This document shows, piece by piece, positions 1 through 13,639 of a DNA stretch of 64,000 nucleotides (the first letter of the stretch is position 1; each line of letters begins with the position of its first letter). Source of the stretch: Chrysomallon squamiferum. Its lineage: Eukaryota; Animalia; Mollusca. The position numbers and the translations under genes were made by a program. The notes under the pieces are model-generated. The model worked only from the letters and a program-made list of their open reading frames with translations. It was not told the DNA's origin and ran no database searches. Location: contig CM022677.1 of the NCBI GenBank assembly GCA_012295275.1, positions 11,842,001 to 11,906,000 on the forward strand. The letters are read 5' to 3'.

Positions 1-420
1 CATGTTGTGTTAAAAAAATGTCACATTAAAATGGAAGCATTCTCGACATTTTAAATTTCACATATTTATTTCTACTTTTTTTATAAAAACATTTATTCAA
101 AATCCCAATTTATATTTCTGAATGTACACAGAGTTTTCACAGTAAAATCACACAGTAATGTTTCTCATTTTTAGGAAACAAAATATAAATTTCTTCGTGG
201 GGAAAATTTTCAACATTTTTTCTTCCCTGACAGAAGTTGTAATGAATAATAATAATTAATGAAAAATAAATAAAACATTTGACGTACAGTTATTATAAGT
301 TTTATAGACGTCAGAGGTGTACACTGGAAATATAAAATTTACATTTTTCTACAGTTCTATAAACAAATGAATTAATTAAAAAACAAAAACATATGCCTGG
401 GAAATAGAGAATCATTTTTT

Positions 421-1632
421 TTTATTTCCTTTCTGACTTTTTTGATTTTTGGCTTGTTTCAGTAGTCTTTCTTAATTATTATTTTATTTAACATTTTAAT
501 TAGTATTTTTGTTGTTTCCAGTTCAGACTGATATTTTTAAAAGTTTCTGGTGAGATTTTATTGATAACCGAAGAAAAAAACATATAGATGTACTTGATAG
601 TAAAGACAGTATTGTTATGTTTTAGTAGGATGAAACAAACGATCTATCTCGTCTAGCTAACTAAAAATATCCTCGTATCTCATAAAACACTAGTTCTGGA
701 GGACAGGCATGTTTTCTATGATGTAACTTACAAAAGTATAATATTAACTATATATAAGATTTCTCCTAGTAGAATAAAATGTACGTGAAATTATCAGTAT
801 TTGTTATGATGCAAACAGAGGAAAATACAATAAAACATCACGTTATTTTCACTCAGTATCAGTTTATAATACAAACGTCGCTGGTTTTATATAACAAACG
901 TGAATTATAATAATAATAATAATAGAAAATAAATAAAAATAACAGCTTAAAAAAAAAAAAAAATATTAACTAATAATAGAAAAAAATAAAATAATAACTA
1001 ATAAAACAAAATAAATAGAAATAATAACTACTAAAAGGAAAAAAAAAATTTTATTTCCTTTCTTTTGTTTTTCTTTTTTTTTGTTTCAGTTGTCTTTTAG
1101 ATCGTTGTAGTGTTGTCCTCAACTGGTTGTTTGTTTGATATTCTGCCTGACAAAAATAGAGCTATTTTTCATTCCTAATGCGCACTGCTATATTGAAAAT
1201 TGTAGATTTTACTCACATACTCTCAAAAACCACACATAGATGTACATGATACAAAGATATTAAGTGTTTGTAACTCGACACACCAAAACCTCAACTATAT
1301 ATTTCTTCTAGCGTCAACCAAAAAATTGTGATATCTTGTTTCAGTCGTTCAGTCTGTCAGTCATGTTTTCTACACGTAAATATACAAGAGTTTAATTTAA
1401 CTTTATTAGTTGTTTGTTCAGTAGAATAAAATCTCTATAACTTTAATAGTCAGCCTTTTTTATGATGCAAAATAGAGTCAAACATAATAAAACTCTCTTA
1501 TTTTCTCTCTCTCTCTCTTTCTAATCTAAACGTCGCTGGTTTTATATATCTCTCGTCTCTCTCTAATAATATATAAATAAATACAAAAAAAATAAAATCT
1601 CTCTCTATTAACTCTCTCTAGAAACTCTCTAA

Positions 1633-1640
<8 letters not shown>
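421..1640. repeat. Degenerate tandem duplication, period about 650 bp; second copy dissolves into (CT)n-like sequence
   Basis: Shared anchors such as cacatagatgtac, agtagaataaaat and aaacgtcgctggttttatata (about 873 and about 1528) recur in the same order. Confidence 0.7.
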
Positions 1641-1669
<29 letters not shown>

Positions 1670-2082
1670 TTCTCTCTCAAAAAAAATCTCACTATCATCT
1701 TCTTTTTCTTCCCATTTCTCTCTCTCTTTTAGCTCTCTCTCTTGTCTCTCAACTGGTCTCTCTCTCTCTATTCTCTCTCTCTCTCAATATATATATATAT
1801 ATATCATCATCTCTCTGTCTCTATTTTTCTCTCTCTCTCTCACTCTCTCTCTCTCATATCTCTCATTTCTCTCTCTACATTCTCTTTATATCCCATTCTC
1901 TCTCTCTATCTCTGTCGAAAATTATGTAACAAACCAAAATAAAAAATTACGAAGCCAAGATAAGTCAGTCTAAATGTCACTCTTGTTTTGACACTTTTGT
2001 TTTGATCATGCAATTCTAGAATTGTTGTGTTTTTTGTTTGTTTATTTCGTTGCGTGTCCTGCTGGCTCGTTTCAAAGAATGG

Positions 2083-2216
<134 letters not shown>

Positions 2217-2825
2217 TATTAGCCCGTTCAGTCGAGGGTCATCAGTGCAAACAGAAACATACACACACACACACATATATATATATTTAATGGTAGTGCC
2301 ATGCTATTATTATTATTGTTTGTAGTATAGTATCAGCAGCAACAGCAATAGTTGTAGCAGTAGTTTTCTATGTAAACTCCACGATAGACGGAATTAACCG
2401 ACCAGTTCCGAACGAGAAAACGATGTTAGTAATGGACAAACGTCACTGCGAGCAGCCACACTCACTGTGTTGTAGTTTTCCACGCTTGATAGAAATATCA
2501 TTTGTTGAAATATATCTGTAGCTGATATGTTATACATCGTCGATAATATCTGAATATTGAATCTGATTTAGTCTGTAATTTGTTGAAGTATGTAAGTTTA
2601 CGAAGCAAGGAAATCGTAAATGTTTTATTCAGTGGAGATGAACTATAAATAAATACGTCGTATAATACAAATGTTGTCATTCATATATATTTATAGCATC
2701 AATTTTTTTATTTTTTTATTTTTTTTTTTTTTTTTGAGATTTTCATTAACAAAGAAGAACGAAAACAAATAAAATGATGTAGACTAATACTGTACTTAAT
2801 CTGCGTTGTCAACATAACGATCTCC

Positions 2826-2826
<1 letters not shown>

Positions 2827-2908
<82 letters not shown>

Positions 2909-2925
2909 TAATAATAATAATAATA
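2827..2925. repeat. (AAT)n microsatellite (similar arrays at about 3841, 6897, 8238, 13584, 26750, 34781, 51369, 55800)
   Basis: Direct read of the sequence. Confidence 0.97.
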
Positions 2926-2958
2926 ACAACAACAACATTGAGAATAATTAATTTTCAG

Positions 2959-3710
2959 ATGTTGACCTCGGATTTCCAGATATTCTCACCCACTTAGAGA
3001 TAATAGCCACAGTTTACTTTGATCAGTCTGATTTCAGATTTACAACTATTCTCCAAAATAATGGTTATACTACTTCAATACATACATACATACATACATA
3101 CATACATACACACATACATACATACTTACATACATAAATACATGCATACACAAATACACACATACATACAAATATATATTTATACAGACCTACGTAAACC
3201 ACTAGTTACTCACTACATAAAATCACGTGTCTAAGGAATAAAGAAAAAAAATGGGGTTTCAAACTTTAATATCAGTTAATTCCTGATAGAGCAATGTTAA
3301 CATTTACAACATGGTAACTCTGGCAACCTGATCAGATTCACAAAACAAATCATAATAAAAATTCTATATTTGCAAAAACTAAGCAAATCAAACCAATATA
3401 AAACAACTGATGGTTAGATAAAACAAAAATATTCAACAAACATCTAATCAAAAACATAATACATGTATTAATATACAGTTCATTACAATGAAATCTGAGA
3501 ATAAGTCAATTACATGCATTTAGATATTAATATCAACTGTTAAAGTTCATTCACTCATAAATGATTTCAGTTCCATTCAATCCGAAACTGTTAAAAGATT
3601 ATTTTAACACAAAGGTTCTGTTGTATTTTGTAAAAAAACATGAAGCTCTAGCTAACACCAGATTAATAGGTCTGATCTGAGGTTTATCTATTTCTGGCAC
3701 TTGGTCAACT
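2959..3710. repeat. Older diverged paralog of the TNF 3' flank (about 5718-6220)
   Basis: Colinear anchors: gttgacctc, tcagtctgat..aactattctccaaaataatggttatactacttcaata, (ACAT)n, cacgtgtctaaggaataaagaaa, gttctgttgtattttg, tatctatttctgg. Confidence 0.85.
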
Positions 3711-3724
3711 CATATCATACTTAG

Positions 3725-3800
3725 GAGTAATTTCTCTTCGTGTTTCCCGCCTTTTCTAAGCCAGATGGAATGAACAGAAGTGGCGTCGTCTTGTATTTGG
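3725..3800 (-). pseudogene. 76-bp fragment of the TNF-ligand last exon (QIQDDATSVHSIWLRKGGKHEEKLL)
   Basis: Matches copy A at about 6550-6624 with only 2 visible mismatches. No other exons of this copy are present. Confidence 0.9.
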
Positions 3801-3839
3801 CTCCCAGTTACGAAGCCACAGAAAAGTAAGAACAGTGAC

Positions 3840-3901
<62 letters not shown>

Positions 3902-4322
3902 CACTTCGTACATATAGAACAAAAGGCAAAGATAATATGAGTTCATTTCTATTTTTAGCTAACAACTGCAAAGTGACGGTGTGTGAGAATGACGTCTCCA
4001 GATCGTGTCATTCCTGCAGCAGACAAGTTATGGATTACGCTCTCACGTGCGCCATGCAGGAAGAGCTGTATCATCTTCGAGGTCTTGCTACTACTGATAT
4101 ATAACACTATTTTACTGTCCAAGAAAGCCGTACTTTAATGTTTGATTCAGAGAGCTGGATCAAGAATAAGCAGTGCATATCTTTTTGTAACAACGTTTAA
4201 TACATGTTTGGTTTTCTTTAGTTTTTTTAATTATTTTTATTATTTTTTTACTTTCTGCATGTTCGTTCGTACTGATTTCATAAATCTGTAATCCCATTTA
4301 TAATTCTTGTTTTTAAAAATTC

Positions 4323-4364
<42 letters not shown>

Positions 4365-5021
4365 TTACATTTATTTATTAATTTATTTATTTTCGTACTA
4401 AAGAGTTATGTATTAAATTTATTAATCATAAGTAATGCGTATTTTTCTTCTGTTATTATTATTATTATTATTATTTTTTTGTTTGGACCAGTTATATATC
4501 TGTATGTATGTATGTATGTACGTATGTACGTATGTATGTATGTGTATATATATATATATATATGGATAGATGGACAGATAGATAGATAGATAGATCATTT
4601 GCTAATATATTTTATTTATTTGTTAAATTCAATTAAATTTAGTTAATTAATTAATTAATTTTATTTATGTATTTGTTTGTTTGTTTATTTATTTATTTAT
4701 TTTTGCGTATTAGTAATCCTATTTGCTTGTTTACGTTTGGCAGTAAGTCTTGACCCATTTTTTTGCGCCAATTCATTGAAACTGCGAACTGTGATTGTTC
4801 CTTTGATGTTTTCTGACGACTCTAATAATAGAGTAATATGGCGATTTACACAGCAACGGGCACATGCGCAGTGGAATTGAAATACCTCTATTGGCTTTTT
4901 CAGTTCATTGAATCTGCGAACTGTGATTATTCCTCTGCTTTTTCCTTGCGACTGTTTCCTGACTACGAGAAAGTCGTATAAAGCAAATAATTATTATTAC
5001 TTTTTTTGTTGTTCTTCTGCT

Positions 5022-5031
5022 GGGGATTTCC
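5022..5031 (+). promoter_or_regulatory. Consensus NF-kB site GGGGATTTCC
   Basis: Exact match to the GGGRNNYYCC kappaB consensus. Function is not shown. Confidence 0.35.
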
Positions 5032-5157
5032 TGTGCTACTAATAATAGAATAAAATGGCGGATCATTGTCGATTTAGTAGGACACCGGGAAACTTCAACG
5101 TGGGAATGATATCAAATGAAAACAGATAATTAAAAAATCATAATACATTAATAAACA

Positions 5158-5188
<31 letters not shown>

Positions 5189-5560
5189 CTGCATTTCTTC
5201 GAAAACAATAATAAGAAATCAGTCGGGGTTTACCCACCCAGCTAAAAATAGATTAATGAGATTTGCTGTGGTTCAAGTGTCAAATGTTTGATATCTTATC
5301 AGTCTCTCTCATATACATATGTTGTTTTTGGTACATATGTATATATGTATCTATGTTTGTGTGTGTGTGTGTGTGTGTGTATGTGTTATCATCTGTGATG
5401 TTTTATCAACAGTTTACATGCTGTTTTCATATGGCAAGCAGTTAAGAATCTATAAACATCAACAATGCTACCGGTCCACTATCATCTGATCTAATACTAG
5501 CTATTTACAAACAGTTTTAAACCACAAACTTCCCCTCACTACATAAGTGAACATATGGCG

Positions 5561-5810
5561 GACATTAAATATGTTTATCCCTGAAGGTAAAATAGCTACG
5601 TCAGTAAGTATTTGAATATACAAGTATATCAAATAACATACTGCTTAGCAGGACGTTCACGTCACAAACAGTTGATAACGTCACCACTGTGTTATCTCTG
5701 CTTGCAATTACTCATAGTGTTGACCTCAGATACCCCGATATTGTATCTACAGTTTACTTTTATCAGTCTGATCTCAGATTAACAACTATTCTCCAAAATA
5801 ATGGTTATAC
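5561..5810. repeat. About 240-bp direct repeat downstream of TNF copy A (partners at about 11457-11692, 50139-50325, 55565-55803)
   Basis: Shared acattaaatatg..ctgaaggtaaaatag..ctgcttagcaggacgtt..cagttgataacgtcac..gacctcagataccccgatatt..cagtctgat. Confidence 0.85.
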
Positions 5811-6330
5811 TACTTCAATATATACATAAATACATACATACGTACATCACACACACACGCACCCATACATACATGCATGCATACACAAATACATACCCAC
5901 ACATACATACATACACACAAATATATATATATAGACGAAAGTAATCCACTTGTTACTACATAAACTCACGTGTCTAAGGAATAAAGAAACAAAACGAGGT
6001 TTCAAATTAAAGGGTTTTAATATTATTAGTTAATTTCTTAAATAGCAATGTTAACATTAACATATCAGTTCCATCCAAACCCAATGTGTTAAAAGTAATC
6101 TTTAACAAAAACAACTTCAGCTTGCGTTCTGTTGTATTTTGAAGAAGAACATGAACCTCCAGATAACACAAGTTTAACAAGTATAATTTGATGTGTATCT
6201 ATTTCTGGTACTTAGACAACTGGCACTAATAATCTATCTGTAATCATTTGTATCATTTATTTAAAAATAGAACTAATTACATTGTTATTACTACTAAATC
6301 ACGACATCTCTACTTGTTAGTTATAGAAAA

Positions 6331-6761
6331 TTACTGAAATCAAAGTTCAATCAGTTCCTATGAAGTTTGTGTTTGTTGTTGTCCTTTTCAAATCAGATTT
6401 CTAATGTTCTGCAATTACGCAGTTCAATACTTGTCGTCTGCTTTTTCTAGTTCAAACAACGCTGTCGTCTGCTTTCAGTTCAAACAACGCGGGAGTAAAA
6501 GCCTTGTATCCCTGGTGATGGCAAAGCAACGTGAGAGTTGAAAAATTCGAGTAATTTCTCTTCGTGTTTCCCGCCATTTCTAAGCCAGATGGAATGAGCA
6601 GAAGTGGCGTCGTCTTGTATTTGGTCGTTCACGAAAACAAGATGAGCATAAATAAAACACGTGCCAGGCGTTTTTACTTGAATGCGGCCATCTTTGTACA
6701 TCATCCTCTTCCCAATGAACGCAGAGGCTTGCTTCCAATGGAGAATATTCTGTCCTTCTTC

Positions 6762-6797
<36 letters not shown>

Positions 6798-6895
6798 AAT
6801 AATAATTGTTTAGCAAACTCTGCCTTTCTCTCTATCTCTCATACACAGGTACACATCCACATTAAATGTAGAAACTCTAATAAAAAGACTGATAA

Positions 6896-6985
<90 letters not shown>

Positions 6986-8237
6986 ATTGTTATTATTATT
7001 ATTTGACAATAAATAGTTAATATGGTAACATAATGAACACATCTGTTATTTAAAAATGATTTTTGATACTTAAACAATTCAATACTGTTTAACCTTTAAC
7101 GAACTTTGACCTCACCTGACCTCACCCAGTCAATTTCGCGTAGATATGCTGTGCGGTCATTCTCCCCATCAAAACGTGGGTCAGAATCTAAAAAAAAGAA
7201 TGACATACATATATATATATATATATTTCGACGTTAATGTTTTTAATTATGCTACATTTAGCACAAGCTCAGTCTATATTGAAAATATCTCGGTCGATTC
7301 CGGTCAGTCGGAACACCTCGTCACATTCCGCTACGCTCATATTTCAAAGAAATGTACGAAATGTTCCGAATATGTAACAAGGTGCGGAACCTACCCGAGT
7401 TGTAACGAATCCCGCCTCTACAAAAATTTCAGTATTACTCAGCGGTTAGGACGAAGTCGGTATTGTTTAGTTATTCACTGCCCACTGCGCATAACGTCTA
7501 ATTATAGAACCGGGGATTTCCACGTCGATTGTTAAATAATTCGTCAATCCTCTGATGAAACAAAATATAATATATTAATGTTTATAGGATCACTGGATGG
7601 CAAAGTAATTCACCGTTCATACGTTATTAACACGACCAGTCGGGCTAGTTAGAAACAGTTGTGATTAGACCGAACCAGTCGTTTACTAGACAAAGTCGTT
7701 CAGACGTGCCTTACCGTAGAAGCCTGAATATATAGTTTAACACATACCTGTGTGTTTTCTTGTGGTTTTTTTGTTATATCTCTATGTATATATATATATA
7801 TGTTGTGCGTGCGTGTGTGTGTGTGTGTGTTTGTGTTTGTGTGTATTCGCGTATGAAGGAGTGACACAGTCAGACAGAGGAACTGACAGGGGCAGATAGA
7901 GAAAAAGAAATAAGAGTTTTTGATTTTTCTAATTTTCTCCGAATTTGAGTGTGTGTGAATGTGTGTGTGTATGTGTGTATGTATGTATGTATATGTGTGT
8001 ATGTGTATGTGTACGGGTCATAAATGTCACTTTTTAGTTTTAGATGTATTAAGAATATTATTGTATATTAAGAATGATTTACTACTCACTTTTGGCTCTC
8101 TCTTGCTGGTACTTTGTTTCTACAAACTGCGAATAAATAGAAATGTACAAAAGAATCAACATTTTTATTTGATATGTAAGAACATACACATATACATACA
8201 CACATCATGAACTACAGCAACAACAAGTATAACAATC

Positions 8238-8296
<59 letters not shown>

Positions 8297-8720
8297 TAAT
8301 AATAATAACCTTTGTTACGATGTCGATCAGGTTTCGCTCACGACCAGCACAGCACATATTTCCATCTTCTCGAACGTCGAAGTCGTAGATGTTGTCAGTT
8401 TTGTCATCGTCGGTGAGATAAACATCTTTGCACGGAAAGCAGACGTCGTCGTCCCATTGCACAACGGTTTGACGTTGTGGCTGCACCCGTGGTGTAGTGA
8501 AAGTTAGAGATATAACGATCACCAGAAAGATGTCGATGAAAAGAAAAAGGACAATGATCTCTGTCCAGAATTTGTTTTTCTCTTTTTCTGCATCTTTATC
8601 TTTGTCTAAATTTTCTTCTCCATTTGGTTTGATGAGTGGCTCGTCACTTCTGCTTGGATTACACCTTTTTCTCTGTTTCACTTCTTTGTTTTGTAACAAA
8701 CTTTCGTTGTTACGATCCAT
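6331..8720 (-). pseudogene. TNF-superfamily ligand, copy A: exons 8310-8720, 8090-8126, 7116-7187, 6331-6757. Last exon is frameshifted at about 6335-6500 (true pseudogene or consensus error)
   Basis: Same GT-AG exon set as copy B, with type II TM segment FWTEIIVLFLFIDIFLVIVISLTF. The TNF domain reads correctly to ..SPGIQGF, then clustered small insertions and a local duplication break the frame. Confidence 0.8.
7512..7521 (+). promoter_or_regulatory. Consensus NF-kB site GGGGATTTCC in TNF intron 2 (copy A)
   Basis: Exact kappaB consensus inside a locally CpG-richer intronic block. TNF genes are classic NF-kB targets. Confidence 0.45.
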
Positions 8721-9673
8721 TTCTTTTTTATCTGAGAAAACTTGTATATCGCTCAAATACAAACAGCGAACTGGGAAATGTTTGTTTGCTGTTTCTTTTA
8801 AGATGGTTTTCGACTAATAAAATGATCAAACACGATGCATCTTGAATCTGATTACATCGGCGCTTTGCCAATTACTTTTGAGTGAGAATCACTCCAGTCA
8901 CAATGCTGTATAATTGAAAGGGTTTAATGTTTCGTGTTCACTGTAGGGATCAGTCCTTCAGGTCAGTTCTGTTCTTTATTATGGTAAATATATCTGTGAA
9001 TGGCATTTTGCCAGTAATGCTACTCATCATGCGCTCTACAGTTCATATTTCAAACTTATTATTTGGCCACACCTTAAACGCAATCTGATAATCCTTGTCT
9101 CTTAGAAAAAAACTCCGACCTGTGACTTAGGAACTGTTTTTATTTATCTGTGATACATTCTTCTTTGTAATGTAATCCTACAGGTCATTGCAAAGCCACT
9201 GTCTAAGTCAGAGTATACACCCTGTGATTTTGATTGTTTGGCAGTTATTTTGGATTCAGGTACTGAGTGAAATGGGTTCATCAGTCAGGAAGAGTTCGTT
9301 GTAGGAATTAGTGGTTCATTTCAATTCTTTATAATCGTTAGCTTTATAGCTTATTGATATGCAATACAAAAAATGCAACAAGTACAAAAGAGAAAAGAAG
9401 AATAAAAAAAATGAAATGAAATGTTAAACTCATTAGTTCATTCATTCATCGATTACTTGAGTTTTTTTGTTTACTTTAGTTTTTGGGTTGTTGTTGTTAT
9501 TGTTGTTTTTGTTGTCGTCGTGGTAGTAGTAGTAGTAGTATAAACAATAAGTATCAAAAAGGATAATTCAACAGAGGTCCTTTCAGTTTTGACAGACTCT
9601 ATTTATATATAATTAACTAATAAAAAGAACAACAATAGCAACAACACCAGTAACAACAACGACAACTCTGCCT

Positions 9674-10408
<735 letters not shown>

Positions 10409-11103
10409 ATTTATAACTTTTCAGTTTTAAACGCTCGTATGTGCAAATCAGGGTCTCTGTGTGTTATCTATATATGAGTGTATGTGAAGAGGAATGCCTG
10501 TCTATCTGTCTGTTTATCTAATTTGTAACATGAAAATAGATATGTATACATGTTACTTGTCAAAGTTTAATGTCTCCTACAAAGCTATTCTCACGCCTTT
10601 CAATTTGTGAAAAAAACGTTGCTCTTCGCGCGAAAAAGAAATTTCTATTAAAAATTACAAACAGAACTAAAAAGTTTGAGACTCAAAAATATTTTGGAAA
10701 AATAATTGGATGACTTTTATTAGGAAAACTTTATATGAATTGGGATTGGGATATATATCGATACATTAATGAAAATATAAAAAAAATGTTTGTGCATAAT
10801 TAAGCAAATAATATATGACGAAGCAACGCAGAATGTTACAATTCAGTTAAATACATCTGTGAAATGTCATAATTTCTATAAATACATCACAGATGGTGTA
10901 ACATTTCAGTTTCATTTAGTTAAATCTGTACCAATGATTTATAAAAGATACTGAACTAAAGTGAGGCTATCTACGCATCAGCTGACAAATGAGACCGGGA
11001 GATACAGGAATAGTGAGAGAGCAGAATGAATATGTATGTTATGTAACAGTGGTGAAATTGAAGATGAGGTTATTATTATTATTATTATTATTATTAGCAT
11101 TAC

Positions 11104-11179
<76 letters not shown>

Positions 11180-11374
11180 ACATTGCAAAACATTTTCTGT
11201 TCTCAGATATAAAAGATGCTCTTTGACCCCATCTTTCATTCATACGCACACAAAACAATAGTTAATCACTGATATATCAAAAACGGGACTACACACTAAA
11301 CTGGATAAGTAACTTAAGATCTATAAACACGTGTTTCAAAAGCGGGTGTCAGAGATCATGTTTCTTCTTTTCTT

Positions 11375-11453
<79 letters not shown>

Positions 11454-11456
11454 GGG

Positions 11457-11691
11457 GAACATTAAATATGTTTTTCTCTGAAGGTAAAATAGTACACCAC
11501 AGCAAGTATCTGAATATGCAAGTGTCTCAAATAGCATTCTGCTTAGCAGGACGTTGAGGTGACAGTCAGTTGATAACGTCACTACTGTGTTACCTCTGCT
11601 TGCAACTACTTATAGTGCTGACCTCAGATACCCCGATATTCACACTCAGTGTTTTAGATTAATTTGTTCAGTCTGATCCCAGACTAACAAC

Positions 11692-11692
<1 letters not shown>
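11457..11692. repeat. About 240-bp direct repeat upstream of TNF copy A
   Basis: Homologous to 5561-5810. Confidence 0.85.
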
Positions 11693-11742
<50 letters not shown>

Positions 11743-12399
11743 GCCACTATAAAATAAAAGGTCACATCCAGATTAAAGTGATATTTGATTAACAACATAA
11801 CAAATTACACTAAAAAGCTCTGAATGATGCTGAAAACTGAGCTGTTACTTTATAAGAATCCATTCATTTTTGTTGATAAGTTGATAATAAATGATTAATT
11901 AAGGTATAATATTTATGTTGTCAACATGAGCGCAGTTTTCACAGGTAATTTGAAACTGAACGGCGACATTTACTGTTGTTAACAGTATTAAGATTATTCT
12001 TCAAAAGCCGATAATATTCCTTTAGTTGTTACCAAGATTATACTGACAATTTTATATATATTATCAGCATTTGTTATGATGCAAAACACAGGTAAATCTT
12101 AATAAAATCTCGATGTAAACAGCGGTACTTTTACTAAGATGGAACGTAATTTCCGTCTCAGTCTCAATTTATTCGTATACGCTGCAAAGCTGGTAGTAAA
12201 TAAACATGTAAATTCCGTCCAGTAGTCTCAAATTATCTTGAGAAATCTACGCTCCCCCAAATTAAATATGTTGTAAATATACTGTCAATATCTCATTGAT
12301 TAAACTTGCATTACGCCGTATAAATAAAGAAAATAACACGTTATTTTATAATCACGTATCATTTTTATTCGTATAAACTTTGCCAGGTATTAGATAATT

Positions 12400-12436
<37 letters not shown>

Positions 12437-13581
12437 AACAATTAAAAAAAGAAGCATTAAACTTATCCAGCAGCGCAGTTTATAAAGCAAAGTGTAGAAT
12501 CAGGGTAAATAATATATTTATATTCATTTCAAAATGTTCACCTTTTCCTGTATTTCTTATTTAACATTATCTTCGCCTCGGAAACTTGTTTTCTAGGTAG
12601 ACTGCAAAACTGATGACGTAATCGAGACCTCACGTGACACTTTGCGTCTGCTACAAATAATATCGAATGATAATTTTAAATAAGAAATATTTACTGGTTG
12701 ACAATACTATACAAAACAAAGCAGATATCAGACGATGAAACCTACAGAACCCTCAGTGATAGATCTAGGATCCTGTAAAATGTACATTAGTTTTTATTTT
12801 CATAAATAATAGAAAATAATTTATTATTATTATTAAATTTTAATTAGTTTGATTTCAGTTGTCATCATAAAGAATTATCAATATTTTTGTGAAAGTTTCT
12901 AAAACTAAAACAGTTTTACAATCAACATTGCAAAAGTAATTTTAAATAATTACGACATTGAAACAATAAGTTTTATAGGAGATACACAGATAGTATATAA
13001 ACTGTTAGGGAGATGTACATAAATAAATTGTTAAAGCTGCATAGAATGTATGAATTTGTAGATAACAGATGAACAGATGTGGGTATATGCGTGTGTGTGT
13101 GTGCAGATGGAAATTTATATTTTGTATGTGTTTTCAGAGGGCATGGTAGGAGAAACAGATGCAGACATAGACAGACAGACAGATGTGAATGTGAAAGGAT
13201 GAGTTGGTACATACATGTTATCTGTGAGAAAAAGTTAATGTGTTTGTTGTCAAATAACTTCTGCATGTGAAAAACAGTGTCCTTGTTCATGTATAAATAA
13301 ATACAAGCTCCAAATGTTTTGATTGTTGTTGTCTTTTCATAAAAACTCATAAAAATGATATAAAAATAGAAAAAAATAACAAAATTATTAATTGGATTAT
13401 TTTAATGATTATTATTATATTTTTGTCTTGATTTTATATTAATGTTATTAAAATTAAAAGATGTTTGGAAATAGCTGAAATTAATCAGATTATAAAAAGT
13501 TTTAACACTGTTAAACCCAAGTATTTTTAAAAACAGATTTGCAGTAATTTTTATTTTAAAGAAAATGAAAATGAAATTATC

Positions 13582-13639
<58 letters not shown>

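Noticed and set aside
2360-2680. Minus-strand peptide NIYDFLAS*TYIL, faintly like a NACHT winged-helix motif
   Set aside because: Multiple stops, very short similarity, and the wrong order relative to the LRR-like fragment.
3959-4190. GC-richer, Cys-containing exon-like block on the plus strand
   Set aside because: An acceptor is present, but I found no recognisable domain or partner exons.
6564-6986. Plus-strand 140-aa ORF (and its partner at 51040-51444, plus 8497-8817)
   Set aside because: Antisense shadows of the TNF exons; the first two run on into microsatellite.
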